Below are positions 9,531-20,100 of a DNA stretch of 64,000 nt, piece by piece. Location of the stretch: contig JAFYIZ010000012.1 in the NCBI GenBank assembly GCA_017538365.1, forward strand, positions 60,920 to 124,919, in the 5' to 3' direction. The translations under genes were made by a program, and so were the position numbers. Position 1 is the stretch's first letter. Every line of letters begins with the position of its first letter. Below the pieces are notes generated by a model. It was not told the origin of the DNA, made no database searches, and saw only the letters and a program-made list of their open reading frames with translations. This DNA comes from a bacterium (GTDB lineage: Bacteria > UBP6 > UBA1177).

Positions 9531-10951
9531 ATAGCCCTTTCGACGAACTGAAATATAAAGAGCTGTTGAAAGGGCTGGAGGCGAGTGAGATCTTATTTTC
9601 ATATGTAAAAACTCAAACTGACATTTTGCGGTTAGATAGTTTCTATTATTCAAAAGAGTTTTTATCAGATGAAATCATTATCTCAAAAACAACCAATAAA
9701 ACCTTAAAAGAGCTAAATGCAAGTCTTTTAAGTTTTGGTGCATATTCATTGAACAATTTTGTTGAGTATAAGGATTCTGGGATTCCATTTGTTCGTGGAT
9801 TAAATATGAAGAATGGTGTGTTAGATTTTTCTGACACAATTTATATTGATGCGAACGCGCACAAATTGCTTTGGAAATCAGAGGTGAAACCAAACACGAT
9901 TTTGCTTTCTATGTCTGGAACTATTGGCGAAGTTGCTATTGCTGTGCAAGAGTATCAATATCCAATGAATTCGAATCAAGACATCGCAAAAATCAGATTA
10001 AAAAGAGAAAGCATACGACCGTGTTATTTATATGCATTTTTACGTTCCAAATATGGGCAAAACTTTTTAAAAAGAGAAGCGCGTGGTAGTGTGCAACAAC
10101 ATGTGTTTTTATCACAAATAGAAACCATCAGAATTCCTTTACTGCCTGATTCATTTCAATTACAAATAGAACAACTCGTCAAGTCTGCACATTCTAATTT
10201 ATATCAATCAAAAGCTCTTTATTCTGATGCGGAGAATATGCTCTTATCTGAAATTGGCTTGCAAGATTGGCAGCCAAACAATAATCCAGTCAATATTAAG
10301 CAACTAAAAGAATCATTTTGGGCAAGTGGAAGGTTGGATGCTGAGTATTATCAGACAAAATATGATGAAATAGAATCAGTTATTACAAAATACAAATATG
10401 GTTACGACAGAATAGAGAATCTGTTTTCTCAGAACACAGAAGTTTGTGATTACAAAGAGGAAGCTTACAATTACATCGAAATAGGCGATATCAACATAGG
10501 TGACGGCTCAGCTAATTATAATTTAGTATCTACAGAAAATCTGCCTGACAATGCGAAGCGTGTTCTTCACAAGAATGATATATTAGTTTCGAAGGTAAGA
10601 CCTTATCGTGGAGCTGTTTCAATTATTGATTTTGATGATGAAAAATTGATTGGGAGTGGAGCATTTACCGTCTTGCACGAAAAAACATCTTACAAAAAAG
10701 AAGTCTTGCAAATACTTTTACGCACCCAAATATATAAGGATTGGCTGTTAAAATGGAATGTCGGCAGTTCCTATCCTGTTATAAAAGATGAAGATATTAT
10801 GAATTTGCCAATTCCATTATTTCCAAATACAGTTCAAACCAAAATTGCAGAATATGTCCAAAAGAGCATATTTTTGAGAAATGAGGCTAAACACCTTTTG
10901 GAAGAAGCCAAAATGATGGTAGAAAAAGAGATTGAGGAAGGAACTTTTTAA
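9527..10951 (+). CDS. Restriction-modification specificity subunit (HsdS/BcgIB-like, two target-recognition domains)
   Basis: 474 aa with two TRD-like halves separated and terminated by coiled-coil conserved regions. 4-nt overlap with the methyltransferase gene. Confidence 0.7.
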   Translation: MNSPFDELKYKELLKGLEASEILFSYVKTQTDILRLDSFYYSKEFLSDEIIISKTTNKTLKELNASLLSFGAYSLNNFVEYKDSGIPFVRGLNMKNGVLDFSDTIYIDANAHKLLWKSEVKPNTILLSMSGTIGEVAIAVQEYQYPMNSNQDIAKIRLKRESIRPCYLYAFLRSKYGQNFLKREARGSVQQHVFLSQIETIRIPLLPDSFQLQIEQLVKSAHSNLYQSKALYSDAENMLLSEIGLQDWQPNNNPVNIKQLKESFWASGRLDAEYYQTKYDEIESVITKYKYGYDRIENLFSQNTEVCDYKEEAYNYIEIGDINIGDGSANYNLVSTENLPDNAKRVLHKNDILVSKVRPYRGAVSIIDFDDEKLIGSGAFTVLHEKTSYKKEVLQILLRTQIYKDWLLKWNVGSSYPVIKDEDIMNLPIPLFPNTVQTKIAEYVQKSIFLRNEAKHLLEEAKMMVEKEIEEGTF

Positions 10952-10975
10952 TATTTTTGATTTGGGATAAATACC

Positions 10976-11803
10976 ATGGGCAAAACAGTAACAACGTATC
11001 TGATTGACGGAGATCCTAAAGGAACTCAGTATGTGTTCATCAGCAACAAAATTTGCCAGATGTATGTAATTCCGCGTTCAAACCTTTCGATTCTGAATGA
11101 GCGACCGGAATTGCAGACACCGGCATTTTATATTTTGCTGGGAGAAGACGAATCCACAAAACCAAAGGCGTATATCGGTGAGACAGAAAACTTTCGTGAA
11201 CGTGTAAAAGACCACGAAAGCAAGAAGGAATTTTGGCAAAAAGCACTGATTTTCATCGCAAAAGATGCCGCTATGACAAAAGCAGATGTGCAATACTTGG
11301 AACATAAAGCTATTGCAGAGGCAAAAGCATCCAATACTTTTGTGCTGAACGAAAACAAGCAGACGCCGAAAGCACCGAATCTTCCTGAGTACAGAAAAGA
11401 TGACATGGATGGATTCTTTGAAGATGTGAAATTCCTGACATCTTTTATCGGCTGCAATATTTTCGATGTGGTCAGAACGAAAGAAAAACACCTGTTCTAC
11501 ACAAAAGGACGCGGTTGCGATGCTAAAGGCTTTTATGATGCTGACGGCTTTACTGTTCTGAAAGGAAGTATTGTCGCAAAATCATCAACACCGTCGTTTG
11601 CATGGAAAGAAAAACGCGAGCAATTGCTTAAAGAATATACTTCCATGAATGGAGAAAAATTGGTATTGGAATCCGACAAAACCTTTTCCAGTCCAAGTAC
11701 CGCATCCACGTTTGTTTTAGGACGACAATCCAATGGCTGGAGTGATTGGAAAGACAAAGACGGACAAACATTAGACGCTGTCTACAGAAAACAGTTGGAA
11801 TAA
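10976..11803 (+). CDS. GIY-YIG nuclease family / DUF4357 domain protein
   Basis: Motif AYIGETENFRERVKDHESKK (GIY-YIG-like, with Arg and His). C-terminal FTVLKGS…NGWSDW matches DUF4357. Typical location downstream of hsdS. Confidence 0.6.
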   Translation: MGKTVTTYLIDGDPKGTQYVFISNKICQMYVIPRSNLSILNERPELQTPAFYILLGEDESTKPKAYIGETENFRERVKDHESKKEFWQKALIFIAKDAAMTKADVQYLEHKAIAEAKASNTFVLNENKQTPKAPNLPEYRKDDMDGFFEDVKFLTSFIGCNIFDVVRTKEKHLFYTKGRGCDAKGFYDADGFTVLKGSIVAKSSTPSFAWKEKREQLLKEYTSMNGEKLVLESDKTFSSPSTASTFVLGRQSNGWSDWKDKDGQTLDAVYRKQLE

Positions 11804-11829
11804 AACACAAGCGATAACGGAGGCACACC

Positions 11830-12306
11830 ATGAGCAAAAGTTTAGTTATCTATTTTTCGGCTGCCGGACACACGAAACTGAAGGCACTGCAGCTTGCAGA
11901 TGCAATCGGAGCCGACACTTTCGAGATCGAACCGGTGAAAAAGTACACGAAAGCCGATCTTCTGTGGATGAATCCGCTTTCAAGAAGTTTCCGCGAAGTT
12001 GCGACAAGAAAAACCAAACGCCCCGAGATCGTCGACAAAGAGCTTGATTTAACGAGCTACGACAAGATTTTTCTCGGTTTTCCGATCTGGGGCTGGGCGG
12101 CACCTTCTATCGTCAATGCCTTTTTGGAAAAACACGATTTTTCGGGAAAAACCATCATCGTTTTTGTAACGAGCGGCGGCACGACAAAGCTCGACGGCTG
12201 CGTAAAATCACTTATTCCTTCCCTTTCGGAAACAACAATAGTCAAAGAAGGCAAAGTTCTCAACGGAGAGTGGTCTAAAGAAGATTTGGCCGCTTTTGCT
12301 GAATAA
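11830..12306 (+). CDS. Flavodoxin-family protein
   Basis: MSKSLVIYFSAAGHTK…IIVFVTSGG flavodoxin-like fold. GGAGG RBS. Confidence 0.65.
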   Translation: MSKSLVIYFSAAGHTKLKALQLADAIGADTFEIEPVKKYTKADLLWMNPLSRSFREVATRKTKRPEIVDKELDLTSYDKIFLGFPIWGWAAPSIVNAFLEKHDFSGKTIIVFVTSGGTTKLDGCVKSLIPSLSETTIVKEGKVLNGEWSKEDLAAFAE

Positions 12307-12352
12307 CGTCGGCATCGGAATATCGGGATCCCGAAAAAAATCAAGTTGAGAT

Positions 12353-14008
12353 TTAAAGAACTACAGATTCTTTGTGAACGCCGAAAACTTCTTCGAGCGT
12401 GCCAGCGATTTCACCAAGAGTTGCATACTGTTTTACGGCATCGAGGATTTTCGGCATAAGGTTGTCGCTTGTCTGAGCCGTAGCCTTGATGATGGCAAGG
12501 TGTCTTTTGACTGCGTCGTTGTCGCGGGCTTCCTTGACAGCCTTGATCTTTGCGATCTGAGCGACCTGGATCGACGGGTCGACTTTGAGAAGGTTTGCCG
12601 GAGCGGGTTCCTTGATCTGGAACTTGTTGACGCCGACAACGACCTGTTCGCCGCTTTCGACTTCAAGCTGATAGTGGTAAGCGCTGTCCTGAATTTCCTG
12701 CTGGACGAAACCCTTTTCGATCGCTTCGACCATTCCGCCGAGCTCGTCGATTCTTGCGATGTATCCTTTTGCTTTCTCGTAAATGCTGTCGGTGAGAGCT
12801 TCGATGTAGTAACTTCCTGCGAGCGGGTCGATCGTGTCTGCAACACCGCTTTCGTAAGCGACTATCTGCTGCGTTCTGAGTGCGATTCTTACGCTGTCTT
12901 CAGTCGGAAGTGCAAGCGCTTCATCACGGCTGTTGGTGTGGAGCGACTGGGTTCCGCCCAAAACTGCCGCAAGTGTCTGGATCGCAACACGGACGATATT
13001 GTTGTCGGGCTGCTGTGCTGTGAGCGTGCATCCTGCAGTCTGAGTGTGGAAACGGAGCATCTGGGATTTTGCGCTCTTTGAGTTGAAGCGGAATTTCATG
13101 ATCTCAGCCCAAAGTCTTCTTGCAGCGCGGAATTTTGCAACTTCCTCAAGAAGGTTGTTGTTCGCGTTGAAGAAGAAGGAAAGACGCGGCGCGAAAACGT
13201 CGACATCAAGACCTGCCTTGATCGCAGCTTCAACATAAGCGATACCGTCAGCAAGCGTGAAAGCGACTTCCTGAACTGCGTTGGAGCCTGCTTCGCGGAT
13301 GTGGTAACCCGAAATCGAGATCGTGTTCCATTTCGGAACGTTCTGCGCGCAGAAAGCGAAAATATCGGTGATGAGTCTCATCGAAGGTTTCGGCGGGAAG
13401 CGGTAAGTGCCTCTCGCGATGTATTCTTTGAGAATGTCGTTCTGAATGGTTCCCGTGAGTTTGTCAGCCGAGAAACCCTGCTTTTCAGCAACTGCAATAT
13501 ACATAGAAAGGAGAACAGAAGCGGTTCCGTTGATCGTCATTGAGGTTGAAACATCACCCAGCGGAATACCGTCGAAAAGGATTTCCATATCTTTGAGCGA
13601 GTCGATCGCAACACCGACTTTGCCGACTTCACCGTCACTCATCGGATGATCCGAGTCGTAACCGATCTGCGTCGGAAGGTCGAAAGCGACCGAAAGACCG
13701 GTCTGACCGTTGCCGAGAAGGTATTTGTAACGTTTGTTCGATTCTTCTGCCGTACCGAAACCTGCATACTGACGCATCGTCCAGAATCTGCCGCGGTACA
13801 TCGTGGGCTGAACGCCTCTGGTGAACGGATATTCGCCCGGCACGCCGCGTGTTTCAAGGTATTTCTGATCATCTTCCGCCGGAATGTAGAGCGGTTCTAC
13901 CGTCTCACCGAACGAAGTTTTGAAGCGCTGCTTTCTTTCGGGGAACTTCGCGACTGCTTTGCCGTAACTGCCGGCTTTCCAATTCTCGAACGTCTCTTTT
14001 ACTGTCAT
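12353..14008 (-). CDS. Methylmalonyl-CoA mutase family, large (substrate-binding TIM-barrel) subunit. No B12-binding domain.
   Basis: [61 protein letters not shown] is a near-canonical MCM signature. 551 aa. Confidence 0.85.
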   Translation of the reverse strand: MTVKETFENWKAGSYGKAVAKFPERKQRFKTSFGETVEPLYIPAEDDQKYLETRGVPGEYPFTRGVQPTMYRGRFWTMRQYAGFGTAEESNKRYKYLLGNGQTGLSVAFDLPTQIGYDSDHPMSDGEVGKVGVAIDSLKDMEILFDGIPLGDVSTSMTINGTASVLLSMYIAVAEKQGFSADKLTGTIQNDILKEYIARGTYRFPPKPSMRLITDIFAFCAQNVPKWNTISISGYHIREAGSNAVQEVAFTLADGIAYVEAAIKAGLDVDVFAPRLSFFFNANNNLLEEVAKFRAARRLWAEIMKFRFNSKSAKSQMLRFHTQTAGCTLTAQQPDNNIVRVAIQTLAAVLGGTQSLHTNSRDEALALPTEDSVRIALRTQQIVAYESGVADTIDPLAGSYYIEALTDSIYEKAKGYIARIDELGGMVEAIEKGFVQQEIQDSAYHYQLEVESGEQVVVGVNKFQIKEPAPANLLKVDPSIQVAQIAKIKAVKEARDNDAVKRHLAIIKATAQTSDNLMPKILDAVKQYATLGEIAGTLEEVFGVHKESVVL

Positions 14009-14179
14009 TTTTAACTCCTAAAATTAAGTGAAAAAACTCAAATCGCGCGATTTTATTTAGAGCGAGGGAAAATGCAAAGAAAAAGTTTGCCTGGAATCGC
14101 GCAAAGAATCCGTGATTTTTTATGCATTCCGCCCTCTCATGCGAGAAGGCGGAATGATGATAAGATTGATTATAAAAAA

Positions 14180-17100
14180 CTAGAGGCTGCTGCAGGTTGC
14201 AAGTTTGCCGTATTCCGCCATGACTTCCTCTGCGGAAAGCGCACTTCCGATGATTCTGACATCATCGACCGAACCGTAGAATTCGCCGTAAGAGCCGCTG
14301 CCGATATTTGTGGGCGAATATACATTTCCATGTGATGCCGCAGAACCCGTTGTGACAAGAACTCCGTCAAGATAGATGGAAGGAGTTTTATTGTTGAAGA
14401 CTACAGCGACATGACGCCAACCGGTACCGATGTCTCCGCTGTAAACAGCAAGACCAGGCATGTAGCCGTCACCGTGTGCTGTTGCAAGAATTCCGTTTGT
14501 TCCAACTGAGAGTCCTGCTCCGGCATTGCCGCCTTCATGGTTAGCACCGAATAGATAATGCTGACCGCTTGTTCCTGCATACTGACCAGTATCCAGAGTG
14601 ATCGTGTAGCCGCTGGTTACCTTTACCCAAGCCATCATCGTGAAACTGTTTGTATATTTGGAAATACCGGTGGAGACGGTGGTGCTTCCGGTGAAATTGT
14701 ATGCCTTACTACGCTTTCCAGAAGAATCCCAAGAACCACCGCTTATCGAATACGATCCGCCCGCTGTTCCACTGTTTGCAGTCGTAGAACCGGAACCTTC
14801 GTTCAGTTTGAGATAAAGAGGAGCACTCTTTAAAGAATCGCTGCAAGAAACATAATCCAAAGTCAAGTTGTCAATGCAGTAACGGTCGGCACTTGTACTT
14901 ACCGATCCATCCTTACGATACTTGAACAGTATTCTGTGTTTTCCCGGTGCGAGGTTTGAAATTGAAACGGGATTCCACGTTAAGTGATCAGAACCGTATG
15001 TGCAAACTATCTGCGTCGCAGAATTACTGCAGGAATTGCTGTTATAGTCTATATCGCTCTGCGTGGGATCGAGATATACATGAAAAACGTCCCAGTTTTT
15101 CTCGGAAGTTCCGGTATAACTGAAACTCAAGGTTCCTTTTTCATACTCACTGGGGATAGTAACTTCCACAATAAGGTTAGCTACAGTGCCATGATAATCT
15201 CCAGTGTTTGTGGAACACATTGCGTAACTTCCCTCTTTCGGTCCTGGCAATGAAGCGGAGTTTAAACCATTACCGAGACCGTAAGAACCCGATGAAGTCC
15301 TACCCCAGTACGTATTACTTACCTGACTTATCCAATCTCCCGGAAGGTTAGATTCAAAACCCCAGCTGTAATGAGTTTTGATGCACTTGTTGTTTTTCCA
15401 ATCATAACCGCTGTTGCACTTGTATTTGCATGTAGATGCGCTTGAAGAAGTGCCATAGCTTGCCGAGCTGTCAGCCGGCGCAAATGTCGAACCGTTCCAA
15501 GTCTGCGTATAAGTCTGAGTGTCGGAATTAGTGTAGGTCCAAACACTGTTTGCAGGTTTTCCTGAGCATGTAAAGGTCTTAGTTTCGGCCTTGCATGTTG
15601 AACTCGAGCTGTCCCAAGGATAGTGAGTCTTGCACTTGAACCTGCAAGATGTCGTGCTTGCAGTATCGTTATGGGTCAGAGTGGAATCAGCCGGATTCCA
15701 AGCCGAACCTGTCCAATTCTGCTGGTATGAACTTACAGAGTTCCATTCAGCATTTGCAGGCAAAGTACCGCAGTTCTGTGTTTTCGTGTTGGAGACACAC
15801 GATACACCGCTGTTTTCGGTATGGAAAGAGTTGATGCACTTGTATCTGCACTCGGTCGAACTTGCAGTCGTGTTGTAAACACTTGTCGCAGAAGGCTGCC
15901 AGCTGGAGCCGTTCCAAGTTTGTGTTATGCTCGAAACTGTGTTCCAATCAGTATTTGCAGGTTTAGCAGAGCAGTCTGCAGAATGAGAGTCGGCTTTGCA
16001 ATATGAATTGTCTGTCCAAGTGTAGTTCGTGTTGCACTTGTAACGGCACTCTGTCGTGCTTCCTGTCGTATTGTACTGCCATGTAGCAGCCGGCTGCCAT
16101 CCGCCTGACGGAGTCCAATTCTGCGTGATACTTGAAACTGTATTTGGAACTGCACCTGACGGAATTGTGCCACAACTTACTGTTTTCTTGTTGATGCAGA
16201 GTCCGCCTTCATAAGTATAACCAGATTTGCATTTGAAGCGGCACTGGTTGGCGTCAGGAGTTGTATTGTAGCTTCCTGTATTTGACGGTGTCCAACCTGA
16301 ACCGTTCCAAGTCTGCTTGATAGTCTGACTGTTGGAGTTGTTGTAAGTCCATTCAGAATTTGTAGGCTTTGTTGTGCACTCAACATACTTTTCATTAATA
16401 CACTGCGAATCTTCATAGGTATAGCCGCTTGCACATTTAAAGTAGCAGGCATCTGCATAAGTGCTTGTGTTGTAACTTCCTGCGTTGTCAGGTGACCAGG
16501 AACCACTGCTGAAACTCTGCGTGATGGTTTTGGATGTTGAATTGTTAGAACTCCATACAGCATTTACTGGCAGACCTGTGCAGGCTATTTTCTTGTTATT
16601 GGGTGCTATAAAATTGGATGTGTTTGTTTCAAACTGACACGAATCGGTGCACGGTGCGTATTTTTCCAATGTTATTGTTACACTTCCGCTACCATCGTTG
16701 GTTGATGTAGTATAACTCCCGCTTACAAAGTAATAATCACTTCCTGAAGTCGTTGGATAATAGTAACTGTAGGAAGAATCGGAATATCTTCCGCCGTTAC
16801 CGCCGTTACCGCCGTCAGCACCATAAGAACCGGCTCCAGAACCGCCTGAGCCTCCGCTAGATCCTGAAGCACCGTCACCGGCGGATGCATCAGAGTACCA
16901 CCAGTATCCGCCTTTTCCGCCGCCGCCGCCGCCGCCGCCGTAGGCTTCGATCAAAGTCTGAGTACCGATTTTAACACATGATGAACCGCCGCCTGCGCCG
17001 CCTGCACCAGATCTATAGCTGCTACTATGCCCTTCTTTGCCGCCGCTGCTGTCTTTTCCTTTGTGGCAACCCGATCCACCAGTTTGAGCATCATATCCTC

Positions 17101-20100
17101 TTGTTCCTACAGAAGCCGCACCGTTTCCTACTCCTCCAAAAATGTAGGAAAGAGTTTGACCTGCTTTTATAAAGTATTTAGCCGTTATTACCAGTCCTGG
17201 AGCTCTGGAACCGCCATCTCCGTCAGCACCATCACCACCGTTTCCCTGAGTGTGATAACCGTGACCGCCTCTTGCACCTTTAACCGTGATTGTATAAATA
17301 CCGGTTACAGGAGTTTTGTAGGTGTAAGTTGTTCCGGCAGTTCCGCTGGAAGTAATAGTTTCGCTTTTGCAATCGAATACTTCATCGCTCTCGAAAACAA
17401 TACCTTCAGTTGTGGCTTCGCAGGCCTCTTTGCCACTGGTAACAACTCCGTCACCGCAGAAACCGCAGGTGTTGTGGCTGACATCTTTAAGTTTGCAAGC
17501 TGTAGTGCAGCCTGGTGACGTAGTCGTTTCATAATACGAACTGCTCGTAGGCTTGTTGTTCATCGTCAGCCAGCGGTCGCAGAGATTCTTTCTGGAATCG
17601 GCTCCGTCACACTGTTCCGATTCAGAGAAGTTGCTGACATCTGCTTTAGGATAGTTTTCTGTCGTTACCATGTTGCAGTTTACGCCGAAACAGGTTTCGC
17701 TGCTCTTATACTGAACGACTCCGTCACCGCAGCTATACTTACCAGCACCGATTCTGCCGTATTGGCCGGCAGCACACGCCGTCTTATAATCCGACGGGTG
17801 GTTTTCGACACAATCAAGGAATGCCTCTTCATCAGAAACACCGCAGTCAGATTTACAGTAGGATGTAGAGCCACTCGTTTTGTATTTTCCGTTGTTATCT
17901 TTGTCTTCACAAAGTTCATGTGCATCCGGAGTGAACCGGCAGCCTCTGCCGCCAGCCATGCCGGTACCGGTAATAAGGTCGCAGTGTTCGCTGTGGATGA
18001 CAGTATTTCCACCGCACTGAGCACCTTCAGTAGCAACAGCAGATACACACGCCGTACCATCATCATTCATTTTATAACCGGATTTACATGTGTAGAAACA
18101 ACGTTTAAGGGTAGAATCAGGATCATCCTCGTTATATACGCCAAGAATATTCAGTTGTTTAATAATACCCTTTTCGCCATCGTTGACCTCTATCGGATCC
18201 AGATCAGGTGTTTCAGACGGTTCATAATAACACTCAACTCCTTCATTTCCGCAACCGCTATTCAAAGTTCTCTGGATCTTAAGAACGGCACCTTCTCCGC
18301 TTTCAGGAAGAGGTTCCATTTTGACATGACCGTTCTCATCCTTCCAGACTTTAACCCATACTCTGTTATCAGTAAATGTATTTGCGTTGGCCGGTGTTTT
18401 GCAGGTATGAAGGATTCCGCCGATATGACATACTTTGTCCGAACCGTAAACAGAATTTGTCGGGCATGTATAGATGCAGTTTTTACCGTTAGCAACACTT
18501 CCGTATTCCGCAACCGGTCCGCTTCCGGAATAATATTCTTTGGTATTTCCGTTTTTGTGGAATGCTTTGATATTACCGTTTCCGTCAATTTCGGTGTAGT
18601 AATCTATCTGCGGATTGGTGGTTCCGCCATAACATTGATCGCTTGAAGGTGAGCCCGCGGTACTTCCGGCCCAAACACCATTGACAGTATCCGGACACGC
18701 AGTAGTTCCACAATCATGAGTCAGTTTTCCGTGACCGTTTTCACCGTCTCTGCCGACACATTTCGTACCGTCCCAAATCAAATCGTCAACACATTCGAAT
18801 GCACAGGTAGCCGCAGCACCTGTGAGAGAGGAACTGTAGTGCTGAACTTTGGTCTCAGCAGTAGGCCAATATCCTGTTTCAAAATCACCGCTCCAAGTTC
18901 TTGTATATTTCGGGACATTATTACCGCTGGCATTTACGTACTTGATATAAGTTGAAGCTTCTTTTTTGTACAATTTGCCGTCACCGAAATTATTGACATA
19001 CATCTCGGCAGTTGAAAGTGCCGGACAGTCGCTCTGAACCTTGCAGACATTATTTACATTCCACTTGCATTTTTCCGCGACACAGTTAGTCTCATTGGAT
19101 TGCAAGTCATTATTGATACCGTCAGCAGGCTTTTTGTTTTTAAACACTGTATCGCAGCCTTCCGTAACAGAGCCCTCACATTCCTCAGGATCCTTCGGTT
19201 TCGCCCTATTGGCCGCCGGTCTGAATTCATATCCGGAGAAATAACTTGTTCCTGCTTTTGACTGAACGTTGCTGTCGCCGCACTTTGTCCACTGACAGTC
19301 ACTGCCGCAGTCGTATTCCGATCCGTTATAGTTTGTACCGTTGTCGCACTTCTCGGATTTGCATGCTTTACCGTTTTCCAAACCGTAACCGGAACACGGT
19401 CTATCATAGAGGTCACTGTCGACACAAACCTTATTGTCTTCCCACGATATGTCTTTATAAGTCGGAGTACCGTCATCATTCGTAGCTTTAATTCTGACTG
19501 TAATGTCGGAACACTTCGAAGTAAATCTGTCGCCGCATGACATAGACATAACAAATGAAGCCTCTCCGAGGAAGACCATTTTGGTAACATCTGTGGCTGT
19601 ATCGCCTCCGGTTTTCTCACCGGAATCAAGCGACCTTGCATAAGCCCTTACAGTATATGGTCCATTTATAAATGTAACACCGGTAGCCTTTGAAGGATTG
19701 AAGAACCAGCCGTGCTTGCTTCCGCCGCCGCATGCTTTGACCGTGAAATTCTGGTCAATTGCGTAGCCGTTGATATCGGTTGCCCCTTTCAGATCCTCGT
19801 CATTTTCACCGAAATTCCAATCTGTTTTAAGAGTAACCGGAGAACCTTCCAGTTCCGTTCCATCTTTGTCAACGAATTTCAGAATTACGAAATTATCCTT
19901 ATGAGTCATCGGATGGTCGGGGTCACATGCCCAGCCGTAAACTCCGAAACTTACAGCCTGAATAAGTCCGCCGATAGCATCGGATTTGCAGCCCGAATAA
20001 CATTTGGTACCCAACGATTTCTCAGTGCAAAGTCCGAAATCCTGATAAGTGCCGTTAGAACTTACTTTGATTGCATCCGAGCACTCAATAGCTCCGTCAT

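Noticed and set aside
7452-10951. Type I restriction-modification system lacking hsdR (orphan M+S)
   Set aside because: The methyltransferase carries its own N-terminal PD-(D/E)xK nuclease motif, so the BcgI-like Type IIB interpretation explains the locus without a missing subunit.
12323-12340. tcgggatcccga palindrome plus A7 as a bidirectional terminator between flavodoxin and MCM genes
   Set aside because: The stem has essentially no loop. The homopolymer is on the wrong side for the minus-strand transcript and is an A-run, not a U-run, for the plus-strand transcript. It is more likely a protein-binding palindrome (it shares a 14-mer with 44285-44298).
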